64,000 nt of DNA from Bacteroidota bacterium (lineage in GTDB: Bacteria > Bacteroidota > Ignavibacteria > Kapaibacteriales > UBA2268): positions 692 through 64,691 of the forward strand of contig JAKIZO010000001.1 in the NCBI GenBank assembly GCA_022707965.1. Reading direction: 5' to 3'. Position numbers and translations under genes: made by a program. Positions within the stretch are counted from its first letter, which is position 1, and every line of letters begins with the position of its first letter. Below are positions 1 through 9,186 of the stretch, in pieces. Under the pieces are notes generated by a model. That model was not told the origin of the DNA. It saw only the letters and a program-made list of their open reading frames with translations, and did no database searches.

Positions 1-612
1 GATTGGTTGATGAGTTTAGAACCACACTGGTTTTCGACAATTTTCGGGGTGTATTATTTTGCGGGAACATTTTCAGTTGCGTTAGCAGTAATCACACTAT
101 TTGCAATATACTTGAATGAAAACGGATATTTGGGCGAAGGTATCGGTGGCGACCATTATTACAATTTTGGAGCATTACTATTTGCATTCACAAACTTTTG
201 GGCGTATATAGCGTTCAGTCAGTTCTTACTGATTTGGTATGCAAATATACCGGAAGAGACATTCTGGTATCTCCACCGATGGGAAGGCAGCTGGGCAGTG
301 ATTTCGGTCGGAATAATCATTATTCATTTTATAGTTCCCTATGCAGTATTACTTCCACAACCAGCGAAGAGCGACCCGAAACGGCTAAAATTTATTGCGT
401 GGTGGCTTGTGTTTGCTCATTTTTACGACCTTTATTGGCTAGTGATGCCGACATATTCTGCCAGCGGTGCAGTATTCGGCTGGATGGAATTATATCCCGT
501 CTTGATTGCACTGGGAACAATTCTAATATTATTCTATACTTTTGCAAAAAATAAAAATTTATTGCCAATTGGCGACCCAAAATTGCCGAAAGGTATAAAT
601 TTCCATTTGTAA
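1..612 (+). CDS. Alternative complex III NrfD-like membrane subunit (ActF/ActC family), C-terminal part; 5' end lies outside the window
   Basis: The frame is open from base 1. Polytopic membrane product with HWFSTIFGVYYFAG and LLIWYANIPEETFWY segments that I recognise from ACIII quinol-oxidising subunits. Cytochrome c and caa3 oxidase genes follow directly. Confidence 0.6.
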   Translation, partial: DWLMSLEPHWFSTIFGVYYFAGTFSVALAVITLFAIYLNENGYLGEGIGGDHYYNFGALLFAFTNFWAYIAFSQFLLIWYANIPEETFWYLHRWEGSWAVISVGIIIIHFIVPYAVLLPQPAKSDPKRLKFIAWWLVFAHFYDLYWLVMPTYSASGAVFGWMELYPVLIALGTILILFYTFAKNKNLLPIGDPKLPKGINFHL

Positions 613-631
613 TTCATTAAATGGTGATGAT

Positions 632-1567
632 ATGGAAGAACTTAACAATAAAAAAATCGAGGAAGAAATAAATTTCAAGAATGTGCTGAAAACACCTATT
701 CGTTGGTTCGGAATAATTTATCCGTATTTCTTGTTTCTTATCGTTGTGGGCGGATTATATTACGTTTCGAACCTGAATAGTATAAACGAGAACAAGATAA
801 AACCAGCAATTATAGATAGCACGCGGCTTAAAACGGAATTGCCCGTTCGCCTGGCAGTAAAAATTGAAGGGGTGAAAGTGCAAGAAATTGCTAAACCGAC
901 GGCAGAACTGATTTCGAAAGGGCGTGAGCTGTATTTTGCCAGTTGTGCATCCTGCCACGGAAACGAAGGGCGTGGCGACGGAGTTGCAGGTGCGGGGCTT
1001 GTTCCACCACCAAGAAATTTCCTGGAAAAAGACAACTGGACAAACGGAATGACGCTCGCAGATATGTTCAAAACTTTGGAAGAAGGCATTTCGGGAACAG
1101 GAATGGCGGCTTATGAGTATATGCCGGTGGCTGATAGGTTTGCAATTATTCATTTTATTCATTCGCTAATGGGTGAATATCCCGAAAATACACCTGACGA
1201 ACTCGAACAATTGAACATTAAGTATAAATTAGCAGAAGGACGCACACTTCCAAATCAAATTCCCGTAGAAAAGGCGTTGAAGATAATTTCTGAGGAAAAC
1301 CTGCCAACGCTCAATAAAGCAATTGCCTATGGAAAGGTAATCAGCGTTAATCAAAATAAGATTGAAAGCTTAGCAAAAGCAATTAGCAAAGAAGATGTTG
1401 CGGCATACTACCTTACAAAAAATGATTTATGGCGTCGAAGCAATAATGAGTTCAAAGAATATGTTGCTTTAGGGCTTCCGACAAATGGGTTTAAAGCGGG
1501 TGTTTATCTGCTTTCGGAGGAAGAACTAACACAATTGCGAACATTTCTTGCTGATGTGATAAAATAA
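632..1567 (+). CDS. Membrane-anchored monohaem c-type cytochrome
   Basis: 311 aa with an N-terminal TM anchor (WFGIIYPYFLFLIVVGGLYYV) and a single CxxCH motif (CASCHGNEGRGDG). It starts 20 nt after the ACIII subunit gene. Confidence 0.75.
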   Translation: MEELNNKKIEEEINFKNVLKTPIRWFGIIYPYFLFLIVVGGLYYVSNLNSINENKIKPAIIDSTRLKTELPVRLAVKIEGVKVQEIAKPTAELISKGRELYFASCASCHGNEGRGDGVAGAGLVPPPRNFLEKDNWTNGMTLADMFKTLEEGISGTGMAAYEYMPVADRFAIIHFIHSLMGEYPENTPDELEQLNIKYKLAEGRTLPNQIPVEKALKIISEENLPTLNKAIAYGKVISVNQNKIESLAKAISKEDVAAYYLTKNDLWRRSNNEFKEYVALGLPTNGFKAGVYLLSEEELTQLRTFLADVIK

Positions 1568-1580
1568 TTAGGAGAAATAA

Positions 1581-2375
1581 ATGAGAAAAATCACATTGAT
1601 TTTTGCGGTATTTGTGGCAATTGTTCAGATGTCCTATTCAGAAAAGCCACCTGAAATTGGAATAGTAGAGAAATTAGGCAATCAAATTCCACTTGATCTG
1701 GAATTTACAAGTTCTGATGGGACGAAAAAGAAGCTGCGTGATGTGATTGACAAGCCTACTGTTCTCTCGCTTGTTTATTACAATTGTCCTGGAATATGCA
1801 GTCCATTGCTTACAAATATGAGCGAAGTGATGGACAAAGTGAAGCTGGAACCAGGCAAGCACTTCAAGGCACTCACAATTAGTTTCGACCATCGTGAAGG
1901 GGCAGACAAAGCAAAACGCTGGAAGGAAAACTATCTTGCTTCGATGAAACGACCATTTGGCGAAGAGAATTGGGAATTTATGGTCGGCGATAGTGCCTCA
2001 ATTCGAAAGCTCACAGATGCAGTTGGGTTCTATTTCAAGCCAGAAGGCAATGATTATGTTCATCCAGGTTCACTATTTATTCTAACACCCGATGGAAAAG
2101 TATCGAGGTATTTATTGGGCATAGAGTATAATCCATTTGATTTGCAAATGAGCATAAGCGAAGCTGCAAAAGGAAAATCTATGCCAACAGTAACAAAAAT
2201 TCTTCAATATTGTTTTAGTTACGACCCCGAAGGGAAGAAATACGTTTTCAATGTAACAAAGGTTGCAGGGACAGTAATATTTCTTGCAGCGGGAATTTTC
2301 TTTATTACATTAGTATTGATGGGAAAATCAAAAATGAAAAAGAAAAACAAGGAGGATATTAACAATGAGCAATAG
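1581..2375 (+). CDS. SCO1/SenC family copper chaperone
   Basis: 264 aa with a signal/anchor and a thioredoxin-like CxxxC copper site (YYNCPGICSP) with a downstream His. Located immediately upstream of oxidase subunit I. Confidence 0.8.
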   Translation: MRKITLIFAVFVAIVQMSYSEKPPEIGIVEKLGNQIPLDLEFTSSDGTKKKLRDVIDKPTVLSLVYYNCPGICSPLLTNMSEVMDKVKLEPGKHFKALTISFDHREGADKAKRWKENYLASMKRPFGEENWEFMVGDSASIRKLTDAVGFYFKPEGNDYVHPGSLFILTPDGKVSRYLLGIEYNPFDLQMSISEAAKGKSMPTVTKILQYCFSYDPEGKKYVFNVTKVAGTVIFLAAGIFFITLVLMGKSKMKKKNKEDINNEQ

Positions 2376-4005
2376 CAATTCGATACCGATAAAAAGTTTT
2401 TACGAATACGAGGGAAAACATAAAGGGATATTAGGCTGGATATTATCGACCGACCATAAGCGAATAGGTTTGTTGTATTTGTGGTCTATGGTAGGTTTTT
2501 TCCTTGTTGGTGTATTTCTTGGTTTTCTGATGCGTTTGGAAATGCTATCGATGGGACCAACGATAATGGGACCACAAACATATAACGCAATTTTCACACT
2601 ACACGGAATAATAATGATATTTCTGTTTATTGTTCCGGGAATACCTGCGGCATTCGGAAACTTTCTATTACCAATAATGATAGGAGCAGAGGACGTTCAA
2701 TTCCCTCGCTTGAATTTACTATCGTGGTGGCTATATGTAACGGGCGGCTTATTTGCGATAGTATCGCTATTTTTAAGTGGCGGACCAATAGACACGGGCT
2801 GGACTTTTTATGTTCCGTATAGTATTAGAACATCAACACAGGTGATATTGCCATTACTTGCGGCATTCATATTAGGTTTCTCATCGATATTGACAGGTAT
2901 TAATTTTATCACAACTGTCCATCGGATGCGAGCAAAGGGAATGACCTTTTTCAAGCTTCCTTTGTTTGTGTGGGCATTGTATGCAACGGGCTGGATACAA
3001 ATAATTGGCACACCTGTGATTGGAATAACAATATTGCTTGTGATAATAGAGCGAGTGTTCAGCGTGGGACTATTCGACCCGGCATTGGGTGGCGACCCAA
3101 TTTTATTTCAGCATTTGTTCTGGATTTATTCCCACCCCGCAGTTTATATAATGATATTGCCTGCGATGGGGGTTGTTTCCGAGATAATACCAACTTTTGC
3201 ACGCAAACATATTTTCGGATACAAGGCTATTGCATTTTCGTCGCTGGCAATAGCATTTATCGGGACGCTTGTATGGGGGCACCATATGTTCACAAGCGGA
3301 ATGAGCGACACAGCCCGCTGGGTTTATTCATTCCTAACATATATTGTAGCACTGCCGAGTGCAGTGAAGGTGTTCAACTGGGTTGCGACAATGTATAAAG
3401 GTTCAATCAGAATGAGCGCACCGTTTGCATTTGTGATGGCATTTATAGTATTATTCTCAATTGGCGGGCTAACGGGCTTAATACTGGGTTCGGTTGCAAC
3501 GAATGTACACGTTCACGATACATATTTTGTAGTGGCACACTTCCATTTTGTAATGTTTGGCGGGACGGGATTTATATTTTTCGCCGCAATGCATTACTGG
3601 TTCCCGAAAATGTTTGGAAAGATGTACAACGAGAAAATTGCAATGACAGCGGTAGGGATACTAACTGTCGGATTTTTAATGCTTTATTTCACAATGTTTA
3701 TTCTTGGCTACGAAGGGATGCCACGCCGGTATTATGATTATCTGCCACAATTTCAGTTTCTGCATATTTTTGCAACAGTTGGTTCGTGGGTGCTAATTTC
3801 CGGGCTATTGCTTATGTTCGGGAATTTGCTTTATTCTTTGAAAAAAGGTGCACCTGCAAAGGCAAATCCTTGGAATGGGATGACGCTTGAATGGATGACG
3901 TCCTCCCCACCACCGTTCGAGAATTTCAATTATCACCCCGAAATAAAGTATGGTCCTTATGAATATGAACATTATGATGAGGCGGTAAAAGATGAATACA
4001 AATAG
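2365..4005 (+). CDS. ctaD: Cytochrome c oxidase subunit I (haem-copper oxidase, caa3-type cluster)
   Basis: 546 aa polytopic protein with the LFWIYSHPAVYIMILP, WGHHMF and HDTYFVVAHFHFVM motifs. The start overlaps the SCO gene by 11 nt. Confidence 0.95.
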   Translation: MSNSNSIPIKSFYEYEGKHKGILGWILSTDHKRIGLLYLWSMVGFFLVGVFLGFLMRLEMLSMGPTIMGPQTYNAIFTLHGIIMIFLFIVPGIPAAFGNFLLPIMIGAEDVQFPRLNLLSWWLYVTGGLFAIVSLFLSGGPIDTGWTFYVPYSIRTSTQVILPLLAAFILGFSSILTGINFITTVHRMRAKGMTFFKLPLFVWALYATGWIQIIGTPVIGITILLVIIERVFSVGLFDPALGGDPILFQHLFWIYSHPAVYIMILPAMGVVSEIIPTFARKHIFGYKAIAFSSLAIAFIGTLVWGHHMFTSGMSDTARWVYSFLTYIVALPSAVKVFNWVATMYKGSIRMSAPFAFVMAFIVLFSIGGLTGLILGSVATNVHVHDTYFVVAHFHFVMFGGTGFIFFAAMHYWFPKMFGKMYNEKIAMTAVGILTVGFLMLYFTMFILGYEGMPRRYYDYLPQFQFLHIFATVGSWVLISGLLLMFGNLLYSLKKGAPAKANPWNGMTLEWMTSSPPPFENFNYHPEIKYGPYEYEHYDEAVKDEYK

Positions 4006-4609
4006 TCAAAACATAGCACACCACCGCGACGATTTCGGTTCGAAAATGGGAATGTGGTTGTTTCTCTTTACCGAGCTGATATTATTCGGTGGATTATTCA
4101 TAATGTATATGGTATATCGCGTTGAATATACGGAGCAGTTCCATCTTGCTGCGAAGGAATTGAATTTGGCACTCGGGACAATAAACACGCTGATATTGCT
4201 CACAAGTTCGCTTACGATGGTGCTTTCGATTGTAGCAATTGGGCGCGGTTCGAAGAAAGTATCAATTATATATTTGATTGCAACAATACTTTTAGCATTG
4301 GGATTTATGGTAATCAAAGCATTCGAGTGGGGTGCAAAGTTTTCGCACGGGCTATATCCTGGCGGGGCTGAACTTGCGAATTTATCGAACGGAGAGGTGA
4401 TTTTCTTCGGTATGTATTTTGTGATGACTGGACTTCACGCCCTGCACGTACTAATTGGAGTGGTAATTTTATCTTTTATGCTTGTTTTTCTATTGCGAGA
4501 CAAAATCAACAAGGACAATTTCATAAAGCTCGAAGCCGGGGGACTATACTGGCACCTTGTGGATTTAATCTGGATTTACCTTTTCCCACTATTTTACTTA
4601 TTACATTAA
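3992..4609 (+). CDS. ctaE: Cytochrome c oxidase subunit III
   Basis: 205 aa with about 5 TM helices and a C-terminal YWHLVDLIWIYLFPLFYL segment typical of subunit III. Overlaps ctaD by 14 nt. Confidence 0.85.
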   Translation: MNTNSQNIAHHRDDFGSKMGMWLFLFTELILFGGLFIMYMVYRVEYTEQFHLAAKELNLALGTINTLILLTSSLTMVLSIVAIGRGSKKVSIIYLIATILLALGFMVIKAFEWGAKFSHGLYPGGAELANLSNGEVIFFGMYFVMTGLHALHVLIGVVILSFMLVFLLRDKINKDNFIKLEAGGLYWHLVDLIWIYLFPLFYLLH

Positions 4610-4621
4610 TGGAGGGTGGCT

Positions 4622-4921
4622 ATGGAAGAAAATCTCGTTCATCAGGAACATAAGAATACGCCTGGGTATGGTTATAATATATTAATCTGGCTAACACTGA
4701 TTTCTCTAACTTGCGTATCGGTTGCGGTGGCGGGGCTTGATCTGGGAGCGTATATTTTGCTTACAGCGTTGGTAATTGCAACTATTAAATCAACATTGGT
4801 GATTAATATTTTTATGCACATAAAATTTGACGACCCGATATTTAAGTTGTTTTTTTCGTTAATAATATTCACTCTATTTGTGCTTTTTGTATTAACCGCT
4901 TTTGATATATTATATCGATGA
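4622..4921 (+). CDS. Cytochrome c oxidase subunit IV family small membrane protein
   Basis: ATG at 4622 lies 6 nt after GGAGG (4611-4615); the ORF-track GTG at 4616 is less likely. About 99 aa, 3 TM helices, with the KSTLVINIFMHIKFD motif of prokaryotic subunit IV. Confidence 0.7.
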   Translation: MEENLVHQEHKNTPGYGYNILIWLTLISLTCVSVAVAGLDLGAYILLTALVIATIKSTLVINIFMHIKFDDPIFKLFFSLIIFTLFVLFVLTAFDILYR

Positions 4922-4928
4922 GGAAATT

Positions 4929-5912
4929 ATGTTCGAAGGTGCTTCATATTATGCTGATAAAGTAGATACCACGATGCTTATAATCGTTGGTATATCCGTA
5001 TTTTTTCTAATAGGGATCGTAGCAGCAATGATTTACTTTGTGGTAAGGTACAACCATAAAAGAAATCCAGTTGCTACTCAAATTAAAGGGAATAATTTGC
5101 TTGAAGCAATATGGATAATTATTCCTCTGTTCATAGTATTAGGTATGTTCTGGCTTGGATGGAAGGATTTCAGCAGATTGCGTAAAATCACCGACTATGC
5201 GATGACAATTGAAGTTACGGGAAGAATGTGGAAATGGGACTTCAAATATCCCAATGGTAAGATGTCGGACACGCTATATGTTCCCGTTGGGAAAACAATC
5301 AAACTTGAGATGAGGTCTGCCGATGTTAATCACGCTTTCTTTATTCCCGCTTTGCGAATGAAAGAAGATGTGATAGCCAGCAGAAACACTTATATGATAA
5401 TTGAACCGCAAAAATTGGGCGAGTTCGATATTGCTTGTGCCGAATATTGCGGGCTAAATCACGCTTATATGTATACCAAACTGATAGTTGTGCCCGAGGA
5501 CGTATTCGAAGCGTGGCTCGCAGGTGATGAAGTAAGTCCGGAGGATAAGTTGCCTGCCCCAGCAATTGCAAAAATAGAACCTAAAAACGAGAATGAATAT
5601 TTGAAATATATCCGCAACCATAAAAATTTCGAACTACTGGTGAAATATGCTTGCGTAAGCTGCCATACAGTGGATGGCTCCGCGCATATTGGTCCATCGT
5701 TTGCCAAACTTGCTTCGGGGAAAACAGAGGTTATTAGAGATGGGAAGAAAATCACAGTAGAAATAGACGAAAAATATCTTCGCACTGCTCTGCTCGAACC
5801 AGATTATGAAATAGTTGCGGGATATAGCCCATACACTATGCCCACATTACGCGGCAGAATATCTGAAAACGACTTGAAAGCAATGATAGAACTACTGCTT
5901 GGAAAAAATTAG
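4929..5912 (+). CDS. ctaC: Cytochrome c oxidase subunit II with fused C-terminal cytochrome c domain (caa3-type)
   Basis: ATG at 4929 is preceded by GAGGAA; the ORF-track start at 4902 lies inside the previous gene. Two N-terminal TM helices, a CuA site (CAEYCGLNHAYM) and a C-terminal CxxCH (CVSCH). Confidence 0.9.
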   Translation: MFEGASYYADKVDTTMLIIVGISVFFLIGIVAAMIYFVVRYNHKRNPVATQIKGNNLLEAIWIIIPLFIVLGMFWLGWKDFSRLRKITDYAMTIEVTGRMWKWDFKYPNGKMSDTLYVPVGKTIKLEMRSADVNHAFFIPALRMKEDVIASRNTYMIIEPQKLGEFDIACAEYCGLNHAYMYTKLIVVPEDVFEAWLAGDEVSPEDKLPAPAIAKIEPKNENEYLKYIRNHKNFELLVKYACVSCHTVDGSAHIGPSFAKLASGKTEVIRDGKKITVEIDEKYLRTALLEPDYEIVAGYSPYTMPTLRGRISENDLKAMIELLLGKN

Positions 5913-5914
5913 GA

Positions 5915-6829
5915 ATGGATAAAGCCTCGATTGAAATAAAAGAAAAAGTAGAAGTGATTGAACGCGGGCATCTGCTTTCGAGCTTTGTTCAGCTTGCGAA
6001 GTTGAGAGTTACTTTTTTCGTTGCGTTATCATCGTTTTTCGGGTATATTTTTTTCGATGGGTTTTCACATCAGGCACTGCTTGTTGCCTCGGGTGTATTT
6101 CTGACAGCAGTTGCTTCCTCCGCTATTAATCAATATCAGGAACGAAAATACGATAAATTGATGACAAGGACACGCCAACGTCCGCTTCCATCGAATAAGT
6201 TGCGGAAAGAAGAAGCACTTATTTTTATAATTTTTTCGGGATTATTGGGAATATTTTTGCTTGGGCTGACTTTCAATTTCACGGCAGTCGGGCTAGCAGT
6301 ATTTTCGATTATATGGTATAATCTTGTATATACACCGCTGAAACGAAAAACTGCGTTTGCTGTGCTTCCTGGGGCATTGCTTGGGGCAATACCACCCGTT
6401 ATAGGTTGGACTGTTGCAGGTGGAGATGTATTTTCACCTAAAATTTTATTTATCGCTATTCTATTTTTTTTGTTTCAAATTCCACATTTCTGGTTTCTAT
6501 TTTTGATATACAACGACGACTATAAGCAGGCGGGCTATCCAACGCTAAAAGATACTTTGACTATTTCTCAAATTGGGCGAATTTCATTTGTCTGGATAGT
6601 ATGCCTTGCAATTGTGGCGGTCGCCGAACCTTTTTTCTTTGTGAATAATCCTTTGTTTCTGGCAGTGATATTCGGAATGTCCCTGATATTAATCTGGAAG
6701 AACAAATTTTTGCTTAATCTCGAAGAAGCAAATGAGACAAATAGTTATAGAATTGCATTTAGAACACTTAATATTTATGTTCTGATGGTTGTAGTATTGC
6801 TTACAATTGAAAAAATTATTAGTAATTAA
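5915..6829 (+). CDS. ctaB: Protohaem IX farnesyltransferase (haem O synthase)
   Basis: 304 aa UbiA-type polytopic protein with the NQYQERKYDKLMTRTRQRPLP motif. Starts 2 nt after the ctaC stop. Confidence 0.9.
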   Translation: MDKASIEIKEKVEVIERGHLLSSFVQLAKLRVTFFVALSSFFGYIFFDGFSHQALLVASGVFLTAVASSAINQYQERKYDKLMTRTRQRPLPSNKLRKEEALIFIIFSGLLGIFLLGLTFNFTAVGLAVFSIIWYNLVYTPLKRKTAFAVLPGALLGAIPPVIGWTVAGGDVFSPKILFIAILFFLFQIPHFWFLFLIYNDDYKQAGYPTLKDTLTISQIGRISFVWIVCLAIVAVAEPFFFVNNPLFLAVIFGMSLILIWKNKFLLNLEEANETNSYRIAFRTLNIYVLMVVVLLTIEKIISN

Positions 6830-6843
6830 TAAATGGTTCAATT

Positions 6844-8196
6844 ATGGAATTACTTTACAAACTTGTAATACCGCAGTCTGAAACAAATCTGCTGTTGCTT
6901 AATTTGCTGCAAATGATTTCGCTATCGGCTCTTATGATTTATTCGGGGATATTGCTTGGAAGCATATCGCTTTCGATATGGTTTTACAGAAAATCGATAA
7001 AGGAGAATTCGCTCAGATATGCTGAACTGGCAAAAGCATTGGCAGATTTGATAGCAAGCGGGAAAATGTTTGCTTTCGGGCTGGGAGTTGTGCCATTTCT
7101 GGCTATCATAATGGTTTATATACAGCTGCTGAACTTAACGGGTTCGTATGTGCCCAAATTTTTGATACTGTCATTTGTTCTGTGGCTTATTGCCATTGCG
7201 TTGATATTTATATACCATCATTCAACTGAGCTGAATTATTATCTGGAATTCTTCAAAACAAAAATGAGTTCAGAACGAGGAGATGATGATTTCTTGATGT
7301 TTCAGGAAAAAGCGGAACGTTACAGAACAAGAACGGGCTTTTGGGGAATAGTGTTGCTTGCTGTTTCGCTGTATATATTCATTGCGGCGTTAAATCTGGC
7401 GGTGGAGAATTGGCGTTGGGGTGCGGTGCATAATACATTCGAGTTGATTTTAAGTTTCTCTGCTTTTTTCAAGTATATGAGTTTTATCACTTCGGCTTTT
7501 GCAATAACGGGCATAGCGTTTCTCTACAAGAAATACAAATGGATGGAGGAGCCACCTTTTGCAGATGCAGAATTGAACGATTACGCAAAGCGTTTCAATT
7601 TGTCGGTGGCACTAATTGCGGGGATGTGTATGCCACTGTTTTACGTATTGAATTTGCTAATCACGCCAAAAACTGCAATAAACGACTTTCTTTTTGGTTT
7701 TGCTCTGCTGGGGCTTGTTTTGCTGTTTGTGTTGCTTCATTTCTTATATGAAATGGTGCGAAAGAGCAAGTTTATGTATATTTCCGCAACATTTTATTTG
7801 TTGATTGCAGTAATTGGCATTTCGCAGGTGAAAGAGCAGCTTGTATTCAAGTATGCAAATGCCGAACAAACTGAACGCCTCGCGAAAAATTACGAGGTAT
7901 TCTACCAGGATTTGCTTGCCAAAGCGGGGCGTGGCGAAGCGGAAATAAACGGTGAAGAAATTTACAAGGGCAAATGCGTTGCTTGCCACGATTTCGAACG
8001 CAAAGTAGTAGGACCACCGCATAAGTTGGTGCTTCCTAAGTATATTGATAATCCCGACGCTCTTGCAAAATTTATCTTGAACCCAGTAAAAGTAGACCCT
8101 GCTTATCCGCCGATGCCTTCGCAGGGATTACGTCCGAAGGAAGCCGAAGCAGTCGCAAAATATATGATTGAACATTACGGACCGAAAATTAAGTAG
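6844..8196 (+). CDS. Polytopic membrane protein fused to a C-terminal class I (c551/c552-like) cytochrome c domain
   Basis: 450 aa. About 8-10 hydrophobic helices, then a soluble domain reading GKCVACHDFERKVVGPPHKLVLPKY...PPMPSQG...EAEAVAKYMIEH. It is the last gene before a terminator. Confidence 0.7.
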   Translation: MELLYKLVIPQSETNLLLLNLLQMISLSALMIYSGILLGSISLSIWFYRKSIKENSLRYAELAKALADLIASGKMFAFGLGVVPFLAIIMVYIQLLNLTGSYVPKFLILSFVLWLIAIALIFIYHHSTELNYYLEFFKTKMSSERGDDDFLMFQEKAERYRTRTGFWGIVLLAVSLYIFIAALNLAVENWRWGAVHNTFELILSFSAFFKYMSFITSAFAITGIAFLYKKYKWMEEPPFADAELNDYAKRFNLSVALIAGMCMPLFYVLNLLITPKTAINDFLFGFALLGLVLLFVLLHFLYEMVRKSKFMYISATFYLLIAVIGISQVKEQLVFKYANAEQTERLAKNYEVFYQDLLAKAGRGEAEINGEEIYKGKCVACHDFERKVVGPPHKLVLPKYIDNPDALAKFILNPVKVDPAYPPMPSQGLRPKEAEAVAKYMIEHYGPKIK

Positions 8197-8217
8197 TAAA
8201 TAAGAACATAGAATAAA

Positions 8218-8250
8218 AGGCTGCCTGAGTAGGACAGCCTTTTTGCTTTT
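8218..8250 (+). terminator. Rho-independent terminator after the oxidase cluster
   Basis: AGGCTG...CAGCCT stem followed by TTTTGCTTTT, 22 nt after the stop at 8196. Confidence 0.7.
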
Positions 8251-8302
8251 ATTATAGGGCAATTCAAAAATCGCTCTCACTTTCGTTAGAAAATAGTTAA
8301 TA

Positions 8303-8338
8303 TAAAAAACCTTCGGAATGTTCCGCACCTTCCGAAGT
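8303..8338 (-). terminator. Rho-independent terminator after the ODP-like gene
   Basis: On the minus strand, a CTTCGGA...TCCGAAG stem (8331-8337 / 8311-8317) is followed by a T run (complement of the A run at 8304-8309). Confidence 0.7.
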
Positions 8339-8379
8339 CTAAAAATGTGAATTTGTTAGGATTTGAATTTAATGAAAAA

Positions 8380-9177
8380 TTAGCGTTTTTTCCACTTCAT
8401 CCAGACAGTTTTATTTAAGTCAGTAACTTCGGCACCCATATCCCATTTACCAACATCTAAACGTTCGAGCCAATCAAGAAGTTTGGTAACATTTTCCCCA
8501 CGGAAGATAGCGCCGTGCTGCGGACAAATCATTTTAGGATTAATCAAACGGACACGTTTTACCCAATTTTTAAGTGCGGTGGTGGAAGGCATCCAGCGAA
8601 GGTGGAATTTTTCCATTAGCTTAATGTGGCGTTCGAAATCTTCGACATACAATGGGTAATCAGGTGGAATTAAAGCGGCACCGATATCGCCCGAAAAAAG
8701 TATTTCAGATTTCGGGTCGTAGACCGAGAAATTGCCCGACGAATGGCAATAATGCGCTGGGACTAAATAGATATTAGAACGAGAGTTGCCAATCTGAACT
8801 TCCATACCTTCATCAGGAACGCCGATAAGAGAAAGCTTAGTGCCCATTCCGAAATGAGCAATAAAACCAGTCCAAATCCAGGAACAATAGACTTTAATAT
8901 TCGGGCATAAGTCTGTCCACATAGCAAGCGAAGATGAAATATCGGGGTCCTGGTGAGAGGAGATAATACAAGCAATGTTATCGGTGGAGATATGGCGAGT
9001 GATTTCAGTAAGCACCTGAGGGAAAATTTCAATTCCACCTGGGTCGAGCAGGCACGCTTGCCCATCAGAAACAATAATATATTCGTTTGTATCGATAACT
9101 TCTTCGGATTTTTCAGGGTCGCGACCTAAAACAATCCATTTGTGGTTATCACCATCAAAAATAACTTCACTTTTCAT
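8380..9177 (-). CDS. MBL-fold, flavodiiron-N-terminal-like protein (ODP-like candidate di-iron O2/Fe sensor); no flavodoxin domain
   Basis: 265 aa. SSHQDPD sits at the position of the FDP HxExDH motif. LFSGDIGAA and CPQHGAIF match later FDP/ODP ligand regions. Located 9 nt downstream of an MCP-like gene. Confidence 0.6.
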   Translation of the reverse strand: MKSEVIFDGDNHKWIVLGRDPEKSEEVIDTNEYIIVSDGQACLLDPGGIEIFPQVLTEITRHISTDNIACIISSHQDPDISSSLAMWTDLCPNIKVYCSWIWTGFIAHFGMGTKLSLIGVPDEGMEVQIGNSRSNIYLVPAHYCHSSGNFSVYDPKSEILFSGDIGAALIPPDYPLYVEDFERHIKLMEKFHLRWMPSTTALKNWVKRVRLINPKMICPQHGAIFRGENVTKLLDWLERLDVGKWDMGAEVTDLNKTVWMKWKKR

Positions 9178-9186
9178 AGAGCACCT

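Noticed and set aside
4902-4928. ORF-track start of subunit II at 4902, and similar upstream alternative starts at 10974, 13719, 24797, 30705, 35969, 36714, 56757 and 27930
   Set aside because: These extensions overlap the preceding gene or add non-signal-peptide residues. Internal ATG codons with an SD or a proper signal peptide fit better, and those are the coordinates I give.
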